64,000 nt of DNA from Tubiluchus corallicola. Its lineage: Eukaryota; Animalia; Priapulida. The notes below the pieces were generated by a model. The model was not told where the DNA came from and did not search any database. It saw nothing but the letters and a program-made list of their open reading frames with translations. The translations under genes were made by a program, and so were the position numbers. The stretch covers positions 1,054,001-1,118,000 of the forward strand of contig JAQGDQ010000004.1 of NCBI GenBank assembly GCA_030141605.1. The letters are read 5' to 3'. This document shows positions 11,151 to 47,100 of this stretch, piece after piece; positions within the stretch are counted from its first letter, which is position 1; each line of letters begins with the position of its first letter.

Positions 11151-12470
11151 ATGCAAAATTGTTTTGCGGGGTTTCCTTTGCAATTCAATAATACATTATA
11201 ATCACGCTATTGTTCTAAATCTCGCCGATCCTATAAATTTAGTGTTATCAGTAAACGTGAATTGCATGATGGTGGACATGGTGATAACTGCTTCAGTTTC
11301 GGTTGCTACAGTACCCCTTAGTGAAAAATTATTAAAAAATACCTTCCACAGTTAAAATTAATACTTTTTCTAGTTCAATATTAAATTTAAAAATCGTGAA
11401 TGATCGCAAAAAGTCACTGCATACGATTTTATCACAGAAAATATAATTGTTTTTAAATCTAAAAAATTTTAGTGGGTAAAATACTAATCGGGCTTAACAA
11501 CGGTGTTTGTGTAATTCGAAAATGAGATTACGAAGCAGAAATATTTCAGATTTTTGACGTTAACTATCTCGGAAAGTGTGACACGGCAGAGCAAAAACGA
11601 ATTGAAAAAGAAACTGGTGATGAAAACTTTTCTGTCATGGGAATTTTCCAATGATTTAGCCTATGAAGTACATTCAGAAAATAAACTCACAAACAAGTAC
11701 AATGTGTACTGAGCATTTAGCACACACGAAAAGGAAGGCAAAATCACGCGGTGTTGGTGAAAATAGTCTCCGGGCAGTAGTAGCATATATCTATATAGGT
11801 ATTGTTACTTATATTCACCAAACAAAATCAGCAATGTACCAAATTTTCCTGTTCTCTTTTGTTATTCTTTATAAATTTAAAAACAGTAACAAGTGACAAG
11901 TTTTACTTTCAACTTTATTTGTAGTATTTAATAAAATTCAAAGAAAATAAAAACATTTTTGTATTGACTTAGAAAAGGAATCACTAATTTTATGGAAATA
12001 GCGTGTGGTACCTGAACTTCCGATACTGGTTTGCTGGTGAACGGTAAATAGATTACAGTGAAACGACCTTATTCTCTACCTTGTTATTGTGTAGTAAAAC
12101 GGAGCAACATATAGCATGATTTTTAAAATGATTAGGTGTATTAACACCCACTTAATTTAATAACTAGCAATTAGTAAAAAAACATGGTGAATAATTAACA
12201 ACTCAAAATTTTTGAAGTTTTTCCTCTCACAAGTGAACTTTTAATTTTGAAAAATCTGAAACTACATATACAGCTGCATAGCAAATGATGACGATTGTGA
12301 TGAGGAAGGGGAGTAGAAAAAGAAGGACAATAACGAAAATGACAATCAGGATTTGAATTAGAGAGGTGGTTTTTTTTTATTTGAATGATGTGCAGTTGTA
12401 TACTTATAAAATCAATTTTGCAAGGGAAAGCATATCACCTAGCATAGATTTTGAAGACAAAGTAGGCTAT

Positions 12471-13222
12471 TAATGGTGGGACGAAGCTTAAGATTCCGTA
12501 ACCGAATTGAATCTGAAGCTTGTTTTTACTTCATTTTCAAAACCATATTAAATCCGAATCTCACATTTTTGCAGCTACCGAAACCGATCCAAATCAGAAT
12601 CTCTAATTTGCTTTTAATTTTCATATTTAAGCTGAATTTTGTAAATTAACGCCATGTAAGTTTTTCATCTTAGGATCAGTGCAGTGTTAGTGGCAATGGA
12701 TGTCATAAGTTTTTGTGGAAACATAATGGTCTTCCTAAATACAGTAAGGTTTTTTAGTTGAGACATTCAACTTTCATTTTTATTTATTGCCATCTAGAAA
12801 ATAACACTAGTATGTGTTTAGAAACACAGTAACTAAAGATTTGCGTCGTTATTGAAAATAGTATCAGTCGGGTATTGATTTGACAAATAATTTATGCTGT
12901 ACGAAACTTTTACGGAACTTAATGATCACATTAAAGATGTCAACCTAGCAAAGGGCACATCGCAAAAGGGCACATCGCAAAGGCACAACTTTTGTTACAG
13001 ATTAAACTGGTATAAAAAAGGAATTTACATAAATTTTTTGCATAAGTTGGCAGCAGATTTGTTCCCTAAACACAAATTGTGAAGACTGCTTATGAAGACT
13101 ATTTTGCAGAATTCAAACTGGAATCGAAGCAGTTAAAATAAAACCGAGTCGGATCCGGATCAAATCTCCGATTCCGATTGTAATCCGAAGTTCCGGAGTA
13201 GCGAAGCTTCATCTCATCTCTA
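12471..13222. mobile_element. Old non-autonomous hAT-like element
   Basis: Degenerate TIRs TAATGGTGGGACGAAGCTT and (rc) TAGAGATGAGATGAAGCTT (14/19). Subterminal ATCCGA/GAATC repeats at both ends. The 8-bp flanks TAGGCTAT and CAGACTAT match 6/8. Confidence 0.55.
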
Positions 13223-13967
13223 CAGACTATGACAAAACTAAACAGTCACCTATTCACTAACTTTTTTAAAATGTCATGATAAATTTATAAAAAAGTGAAA
13301 AATAAAGTGTTGGTGATTCTTTGGAATATAATAACTAATTGGTAAATGGGCTTTGTAGTTATCCAGAATCCACATAAATTAATAGATCACAGACTTGTTA
13401 ATTATAATTTGTATTTATAATTAATATAAATTAATAGATCACGCACACTATCCATACTGCACGGAACTATACCACACTCTGAGTCAAATGCACAGCCTTG
13501 CTAGAGTGACAGTGAAACAAAATCTCGCAAGATTACCTACGCAAATCAACTCACCATATACAAAATTGATGACAATTTTAAAAACAGCAAAAGCCTGTTC
13601 CTTACTTTTTGCTTTTATGTTAGTAGTTAACTTATTAATTTAGTTTAAAGTGACATATTATTAGTCTATTGGTAATGTCTGTAAAAAATAGAAATGAATC
13701 ATTGATCAGATAATTGGCTAATTATCAGTACTAATTGTAAGAGGACAAGAGTCTTTAAACTTTTATTGAGGTTGGATAGAGTCAAGTACCAGATATATCA
13801 GTGTAGATACCTAAAATTTTAAGCCTTGTGTGGTTGAAGTTAGAATTGTTAAAATTTTATGGATTTAGGATCAGTTGCATTTCACACTGATCAGTTTAAT
13901 TGAGCAGGCACAAAACATTTTTACCATGAATATTGTGTAAATGATTATTACAGGAAAAACCAGTCTG

Positions 13968-38201
<24,234 letters not shown>

Positions 38202-40797
38202 ACCAATTCCTTGCAACACCAGTATTTACTCTGTACATACATATACATATTTTTATAAACAATATTTTATCATGTTATGTTTGGTAGTTAGTGGGATAAA
38301 GCTACGATGTTGCTTTATAATACACATGTTGGAAGACTGATTCATGTACATAAATGTTGGCTTGTATATAGTATGTAGTAATGCTTTGGGTTAAATTCTT
38401 TGGCTTTATTCAGAGCTTGTTATTGATTTTTTTTCTCATCACCTAGAAAACTAGGTAATAATGCCAGATCTTTGACATGCAGCAAATGTAATTATTGTTG
38501 TATATTTTGAGTAGACCAAAATTAACAAAAATTATTATCAATTTTTGTTTTCATTATGACATTATTCATACCCAGGGCCTGAAAATTTCCAAAACATTTC
38601 TCTTTTTCGTATCAAATGTTGTAAATGTTATAGAATTCATTTAAAATGCATTACCACATTAGGCTTGAGTAATCATATTAGTGAATGTTATCAGTGACGC
38701 ATAACTGGTTTTAAACAATTGACACTTGCCTTTTATATACACATCCATGCAAATTTTGATCAATAGAATATCACACAGATAATATTTTGGAAAAAGTTAG
38801 ATTGTGCAAAATGATACTGTGCATGTGTGTAACTGCATACCCAATATTTTCAGATCTCTTTTCAGTTTTACAACTTTTCATTCAATAAATTTCAGGCAAC
38901 TGTATATATGCTCTTGTTTGCATGATGTGCAGCTGTATAATTTTTAAAACTACAGCAATATTCTGGTGATATTTTGATCATGTGTTCAATGTTTTACTTT
39001 CGTTTTTTCATGTTTTATAATTAAGCTGTATTCTGTTGTTGTAGTTGATGTTCAACTGATATGGGAAAAAATGTGGTAAAAATTCCATGCAAATCTACAA
39101 GAATATGATTAATTGAAACAGAATAATTGTCAGAAGTATTTTGTTTTGTTTATTATGAAGGTTTACACAATACAGAGTTTTAATTAAATTTTTGAAAGGA
39201 ATATTCATCCAACAAATTATAACCAATATAACAGACTGTAAAAATACAGCATCGTGTTACCACTTACATTGAAATATAGTACTTTGTCAACAAAACTACA
39301 AAATGTTTGTGTTATTTTATATGTTAGTAATACTTGGATTTTCTTTGTTAATGGTTAAATTTTGTTCTAGGGAGTGTATTTCTTCAGTATACTAGATGAG
39401 CACAGTACTTCTGTGCCTTACATTACTTTGTTTTCTCCATTCTTGTATGAAAAAAGATATGGCAATTTAATGCAAAAACTAATAGTATTGTGACCGTGAC
39501 AACTGCTAATCTATCATAGGTAACTTTGACCCATTCCTACGGAACGTTCAACAAGATCAACGGCAGTTGTCCAGAACAACAACAATGGTGATGAGTGACA
39601 TGACTGACCACCTGGGCCCCATTCTTGGAAGAGTGACCATATTTATTACTTAATTGAATATTCCTGGTCCAGTGAAGTTTATTAATGTGTAACTAAACAA
39701 TTTGCCTTTAACTCTCTGTCTCGAGCTTTTAAACAGCTATAGTTTTTTAAGCGAGCTATTGTCTGCGTGAGCACTACCTCGATGTCTACTCTGCAAGTCG
39801 TTTGCCTCTAGGTTTGTAGTTTTAGACTTAGTTAAGTTTTCACATTTTAATAATGTCTATCTCGCTCCCTATAACCCTATAAAGAATCGCGGCTTTTTTA
39901 ACCATGCCGTTTTCTCAGCCCCTACCTCAGATGTCTACCTTTACCTAGTTTTGCCATTCTATTATTCGTTGTTATAGGCTTGAACTGGCCAATGTCTTAT
40001 TATTTGCTCTACCGCTCACAATTATTATTGTCAATGCTTGTATCCCAGGTGTCTACTCCTCGAAATTTCGTTAGCGAGATAATAAATTTTGATTGAATCC
40101 AACAACAACAACAATAGGACTGACCACTTGGACCTCATTGGAATGGTTCCAATCAGCAATGCAGAAACTGCCTTGGCATACTATGCAGCAGGTTATAATA
40201 TAAAAAGACAAAAATTTGTAAAGATCGTAATTGTCACACCTCTAGCTATAACTGCATTAACTATAACTAGGGGTCAAAATGAACTCATAATACTGTGTGC
40301 GGCTTCAGTAAGGAGAAGGCCGTGAACTAAATTGTAATAAGCTACATTATTTTCTAATGAACCGTGAATTTAGGTTCGAATTTGACATACTACTGTCATT
40401 TTGTGACTTTTGCAATCATCTTCCTGCACTTAGTTTTGTTGTTGTGGTAGGTTGCTGTCACTGTTGCCATTATCATTTCTGCGACTGCTATCATTGCCAC
40501 TACTATACCAATTATTGTTATTATCCTTGTTGTTGCTCTTTGTCTTCTGATTAGGAACAACATAAATAATGTTTTTAGTATTTTTCTAATTATTATGATT
40601 TAGCTCAGTGACGTGGAAAATATGCCATGAAATTACAAAATTATAGTACTACTGCATAATTATAAAATTTTAGAATAATTCTAACGTTCAGAATGAGAAA
40701 CTGTTTTTCTAGCCATCTTTGCACTTGTTATTGTAAATACTGTAATTACTTAGACCTATTTGTTGCGACTCTAGTAATTACTGTTGGCACTTCTATT

Positions 40798-41149
40798 TAG
40801 AGGTGAGCATCAACCGATTCGAACCTAAAATTATAGATTCGAATAATTCAGCACTTTAACCACATGCGTTCTTTATCATTGAAACGTCTGCAACATCATG
40901 CAGTTAGCATAACTTGGCTGTGATTTCTGTGCACAATTTTCTAACATATTATTAGTGGTTGTACTGCAGAAGAAAATCGGGTAATATGCATGATCTTTGT
41001 AAGACTTACTTTTATTGGTGGTTCGAAAACTTGTTCGAAAATCTTTCAGTCACAATTCGAATTCGAAATACTGAAGTTCGGTTCGAATTCGAAAGTCACA
41101 AATTTTGTTCGATTTGAATTCGCTATCTAATAGAGAATGCTCACCTCTA
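40798..41149. mobile_element. Small hAT-like MITE
   Basis: Perfect 13-bp TIR TAGAGGTGAGCAT / ATGCTCACCTCTA with many subterminal TTCGAA motifs; no clean TSD. Confidence 0.65.
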
Positions 41150-41269
41150 CTGGCCTACTCCTATTCGAAAAGTAATTTAATTTTTGCGAAGGTATATCTT
41201 TTGCAGTGGTTAAGCTGCACGTTGCAAAGGAGCTATGCAAACAACAACAGTTAGAGGTTTAGAGAATTG

Positions 41270-41300
41270 CCAAAGTGCGGAAAGTCCCGCAAACATTTAA
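41270..41300 (+). promoter_or_regulatory. E2F-like sites in the likely RFWD3 promoter region
   Basis: GCGGAAA and TCCCGCAAA lie back to back about 2.8 kb upstream of the first recognisable RFWD3 coding exon, which begins at an acceptor (TTTTAG ending at 44106). Motif match only. Confidence 0.25.
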
Positions 41301-42581
41301 GTGTGATAAAAATTCAGAAGTAGGATTGTGTGCTTACATAATTAAATTTATGTAGTAAAAACTACCGTTTTCTGTGCATTTCGATGTTTGTCGACAAACA
41401 GTTAATATAATTATAAACTGCCATATAATTATATGTACAGGTTTTCTGTATTTTCTATAATTAGTCATTCGACAGTGTTAGTAGTATAGCCTATAGATTA
41501 TAGTACTGCTAGTACTAGTAGTAGTGGACATGAGAATTAGGTTCTAACTGAGGTCTGTCTGGTGCTAATACATGATAATTATTTGATCCGTGTGATCTAG
41601 TTTGAGTAGCCTTTTCTATATTACTTTCTGGTTAGGAGTGTTCGAGATTCAGGTCGGGATGAAATGTTTGGTCACCATAAATGTAATTATCGGGAAATGG
41701 AGATAAGAAAATTACAGCAAAATTCCGCAGTTTTAGCTCCAGCCTATTACTTATACATGACTGTGTGCTAGAATCCTGGACGAGAAAAATGTCTGAACTA
41801 TTTGTTAAGCAAGTTTCAATCTCATACACAGCTTTGCCACTACAAATGCATTAATTACTCTGTGATTCTGTCAAAGATAGCATCAGGAAGTATAATTATT
41901 CCTCTTGTGGTATATACATAAGCACTTCTTACACTGAGCCTGCTTATACTTATATTATCATAGGTAAACGCGAAATAAACAGTTTTATTCATATTCCGTA
42001 AAAACCTAAAGTTAATGTTGTTTTTCAAATGTTACAAACTTAAAGTTTGAGGTTGGGACTGGATGAGAAGTTATGGAATGAGGTTCAGGACTTGAAGAAA
42101 GTTCCAGTTTAAGGTTCGAGAGTCAGGATCATAATGACTCCAATCCCAAACACCCCTAAGTTCTAGACAGCTTAACATTTTTGTAATCTGGCAGTGGCAA
42201 GCGCATTTATTTTTTAATATAATTGTATGTAATAAACAGTATTTTATATACTGTCTATCACATTCTGTATTCTTTTATTTGTTGCCAAAGTTTATCATGA
42301 CCAGTTGTTTATTACAAGTATAATATAGCAAGCTGGTTTGAAAGAATGTGGTGTGAATGATTGTCTATTATTAAAACACTGAGGGCACTAGACTAGTCTA
42401 CTGAAGTTACATTTTGACATAAAATAACTTTTTATTTGTGACAATAATTAACATATTATTTGTAACATATTAGTAGTTAAATAATCCTACGATTCCTTTA
42501 GTCTAGATTCCTTTGACAAGACCTTAAAGTTGAAGTTCAATTCAAACAAATTTGATTATCAGCTCGAACCTCCACTACAAC

Positions 42582-43851
42582 TAGAGATGCATCAACTACC
42601 GTATTTTCCCGTGTATAAGAGACCCTTTTTTGCTCAGAATTTTCACTTTAAAAATAGGGGGTCTCTTATACATGGGAGTAAGTCTTTTCAATAAGATGCA
42701 TAAATTGTGACACTAATGATTTTAAAGAAATAAGTGCTCTACAACTGTTTTGCGTGTCGCGTTCGACTATGAAGCGGTTGTAAGCAATACAAGCATCGTG
42801 ACACAGGCATTATCTACTCGTTTTCTCTTTTCCTGTTACAGGTTTGCAGGTACGCACTTTAATATATAACAGTACTCTTTTTCTACAACACATTAACTGG
42901 TTTTATTTTGTTTTCAGTACCGCACTGAGTTGAAAAAAGTTGTACTCTACCCTCTAAAAATGTCCGTCTGAAAAAACTTTTTTCCAGAATTTTTGCCTAA
43001 AAATTGAAGGGGTCTCTTATACACGGGAAAATACGGTATTTGGATCACCAAATTTTTTCCCCAAATATCAGTTAAAAATCCGGTCTGATAAACTTCATTT
43101 GTAATCACTAAAGGTTAGTTGAACCTTCGGTATACTGAGGTTACTTTTTTACTAATTGTCACAATGGGTGAAAATTATATTAAACAAACCGAATATTTCC
43201 TTGTAGTGTTTATAAAAATTTATCCAAAAAAGCTGATAGTAAACAGCGAATACGTATAACAGCCAACATTTCGCTTTTTGTTTGACTGTATGATAACTCT
43301 AAGAGTGCAATGCACTATCGTTTGCCCAAGTCAGGTCAATGCGCAATAGCGTGGCAATACTGTATTCTCTGTTGCACAATGAAATAAATCACTGAGAACT
43401 TGAGCTAGTAAACAATTATACCATTGCTGTTTTGCTTAAATACTGTTTTTTCTTGATTACTCAAAATAGTTTGAACAGTTTTTGAAAAAAATTAAGCTGT
43501 TTTTAAAATACGAGTTTAATACTTTGTTAAATAACATTAACCATTAAATACAAATGCAGATTTGGTTTGCATTTACAATTTTTCACTGCTCATCTATTAT
43601 CACTAACCTGAAACGATAAAATAGTGTAGAGTTTATTATTATTCTCAGTTGCAATTACAAAAGAAGTTGGTTCAGTTTCAGTAAAAAAATCTTTTTGGGA
43701 TCTGTCCGGTATTACAATTTAACTTGATATTTTATTCGGAATTCAGTTTGGCAGCACGGCTGATCATTCGGTTAAGCGTCGGTTCAGCAGCACCACGATA
43801 AGAAAGTCGTCTTTCGTTCGGTTGATGAGAATGTGCATTCGGTGCACCTCT
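42582..43851. mobile_element. Older hAT-like non-autonomous element hosting a nested MITE
   Basis: Termini TAGAGATGCA and TGCACCTCTA, subterminal TTCGG repeats at the right end, and 8-bp flanks matching 5/8. Confidence 0.45.
42599..43036. mobile_element. Young Tc1/mariner-superfamily (pogo/Tc2-like) MITE, 438 bp
   Basis: Perfect 27-bp TIR CCGTATTTTCCCGTGTATAAGAGACCC, TA TSD (42597-42598 and 43037-43038) and an internal subterminal copy GGGTCTCTTATACATGGGA near 42658. Confidence 0.9.
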
Positions 43852-44118
43852 AGCGACAGCTTCAGCCTCTAGCGCTGCACTCAGTGCCTTTCATTAGACT
43901 TGCATTGTATCATCAAAAGCAGAGAAACTCACAATACTCTCATGCAAAGGTCAGTTGTGATAATGTCCATCCCTACAGTTTCAGGGTTAAACAAACATGA
44001 AAAATCAATGATGTTCAGGGACTAAACAATTTCACTTATTCGTGTGCGGTACAAACAAAAAAATTGTACTACAAATCTATAATATTTCTAAATTTTTGTA
44101 TTTTAGGTTTTGGAGATA

Positions 44119-47100
44119 ATGAATGAGCCTCGTGCTAGAGCATCAAGCTATTTCTCCAATCGGCGTACAGCGCGGACCACGCGGTTGTCGCAACAGCAAT
44201 ATCGGCGCTTCGCACGCCAGGCTGCTCATTCTGATTCCCCTGGTCCTAGTGTAGGATTTCCGAATGGTAGAAATCGTGGTAGAAGGCGTAACAGGTATAG
44301 AAGACGACCAGTCATTCAAGACGATAGCTCAGAAAGTTCCGAACCTACACAGTCAACTGATATTACTCGACAAAATAATGCAGGTATTGCAAATCAAGAC
44401 AACCAAGAGGTGAGTAATTAGAAACTCTCCTATATTATAAAAGAATGTTCTTCGCGCTAAACAAAGTTCACAATAGAAGTGCGTCAAAAGAGTATTTTTT
44501 TCTTGCCTGACCCAGATAAAAGTCGAAATCCTGTGTCCATTGTTATAAATTTCTTTTATAGCAAAAATAAGCAACCAAACCAGGTTTAAACCTGGCCTGG
44601 AAATTCCACCAAAGCCTGCTCTGTTAGCATTTGGCTTACATTACCGTCATTCAATTATTTGATGTATCATATTATGGAGATGAGATAATATAACAGCTTT
44701 TGCTTTGAATGCTTTGGTCATGTGACAAAGTGGGAGCAACTTTGGCAATTAATTTAAAAATTTATGTTTCTGAATATTTTTAATTGGCAAGTAAAGTAAC
44801 AGTTTTTGCAAGAAAAATTTGTTAAAACAGTAGATATTGCTTGATGAACGAAAGTGAATTAGCAATAATGCTTATTAATGGTAGGTTCTTTATGCCTAAA
44901 CTAGACACGCTAATTTGAGTAGATGCTGCACTCGGCATATTGATCTCTGTAAGAGCTACATTTGGCACAAAGCTTTACATACAGTTTGGTGCTCTGCAGT
45001 CTACAAGCTGTAATAGAGGTTTCACAAAACCTAAATCATCAGCCTGAGGGGGACCACCTCAGAATACAGAATACAATTTATTACTGTTCTGTACAGAATA
45101 TTTATTAAAGTTGATAGTTAGTAGGCCTGCTTAATTATTATATTCAAATGTTAGCGCCTCTATAAGTATTTTAAATTGATCATGTATGGGTCGTTTTACG
45201 TGACTGTTTATCCCTATAAATATTTATGTATAACTGAAATATCCTTTGCAATAGCTAAGATTCAGATTTGCATTACTGCTACGCTTAGCTTAGTGTCGAC
45301 TGCGATCTGCGTATTCAGCACACATATGCAGGGCCTACTTAATGATGATGTTTTTGGTGGGACTAGAGCCTGGCACATTATCAAAGATAAACATTAAGAT
45401 GAGGCACTGGATTAGGTGTCTCAGTTTAACATATTTCAATGTAGTGAATACTGTTTCCAGAATTCACCAGATTATCCAGATTCTGGATGTGAAGAAAGCA
45501 ACCAGAATTAGTCAGTTGAATTAACAGTGCTTAACTTAAGCACATGACAAGCACACACAATAGTGTCTGTTCGACTATTTCTCTTGCACTAGTGATAAAA
45601 ATTTACACACACATATTATATAATAACACTGCTGGCAGTGTTAAATCATTCTGCTTACTGTCACTAACTTTACAAATAATAATATCTTTATTAGTGCTTA
45701 TACAAACTACAATCTTGTTAATTAAAAGCACAAATCAAAGTACAACAGAATAACAGTTACTGATTTAAAGTAATAAAAGTTCTTTATACATAATAGACCC
45801 ATTAGAAGAAAAAATATAAAAATGATCATACTACAGGTGCAAGCTGCACCTCTCTCTGATGCATAAAAGTTTTAATCCTTCTAGTTTGAGTTTCAATGCA
45901 GTGAACATTAAGAGAACTAAAATATACTTACCATAAGTAGATGGATATGGGAGGGACCAGAGAGTTTAGATGAATCATTGTGTCCAACATTTGTATAATA
46001 GATTTTAATTTTGTGCACCTTTGCCAAATCTATTAAATGACATTCAAAATATTTCTTACTTTCAGGAAATAGAAGTTTAGGGATTAAATCCTGTAAAAAA
46101 AGGTGAAAAATGAAAACAGAAATCAGTTTTGCCATAAATATGCAGAATAGATTTTTAAAATTAAAAAAACTTTGGATCAAACTTCGTACACTTGGTTACT
46201 TCGATATACATTGTGAAGATAGCTAACTGCCGAGTTTCTAATCCACACACAGGATTTTGGTTGGTTTTGCAAAACTTGTTTCTCAAATTAGTTCTTTTAG
46301 TTTTATATTGATTAATGCAGAACCTACCACCAGTAGAACAGGAGGGTGATGCCCATCATCAGATTCATGATACTTCACAGCACCAGGGAGCAGTTGCCCA
46401 TCATGCATCATCTGAACCTCAGCAAGTTCACAACGAAGAACAAAGAAGTGAAGATGATGTATCAGCTACTCGTGATAAATCTCTCAAGAAACATAAAAAA
46501 ACTGTTGACCTGTCAATGACTGATGACGAGGGCGAGGTAATAGAAAATTTAACTTATTAGTCAATGTCAAATGGTTGATCCAACCGTGAAAGCTATAGCA
46601 GCATTTTCAATTTTGTATTTCATTCTTTAAAATGGTTTCCTTAAGGCACTTAATTCAGCGTTGTTCACACTTTGCGATTTCTTGTCGTTTATTGTTGGTA
46701 GTGTCGTTCATTGTATTATGAATACAAAGCAAGAACTTACAAGTATTAGTGTTCATTTAAATGTTTACGTTTAAAAATGTGAACTCTCAAATTGTATAAT
46801 TTACAATTTTCAGACATGTACAATATGTTTTGAGCGTTGGACAAATTCCGGTGCCCATCGTCTCTGTGCCCTCAAGTGTGGACACTTGTTTGGGAAAAGG
46901 TAAGCCATTTGATTTAGGCCCAGGTATTTTGACAACCTCATATGTTTTTTTTAAATATCAACTGTTAGTCTCAATTCAAATTTACTTCTTTCAGTTGCAT
47001 TATGCGTTGGCTAAATGGACAGGGTTCTAAGTGTCCACAATGTAACACAAAAGCAAAGAAAGCAGAAATTGTGCCAATTTTTGCTAAAGCTATCAAGGTA

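Noticed and set aside
39570-40145. Two related CAACAACAAT...GACTGACCAC(C/T)TGG(G/A)CC(C/T)CATT segments about 530 bp apart as LTRs
   Set aside because: Short and diverged, with no TG...CA ends, PBS/PPT or TSD; probably fragments of an unclassified repeat.
40357-40554. Cys/His/Tyr-rich 65-aa ORF resembling a metallothionein-like peptide
   Set aside because: Arises from degenerate trinucleotide (TAY/TGY/CAY) simple repeats; no support for coding.
45461-45510. Possible extra RFWD3 exon after TTTCCAG
   Set aside because: The phase-0 frame reaches TAG before any credible in-phase donor.
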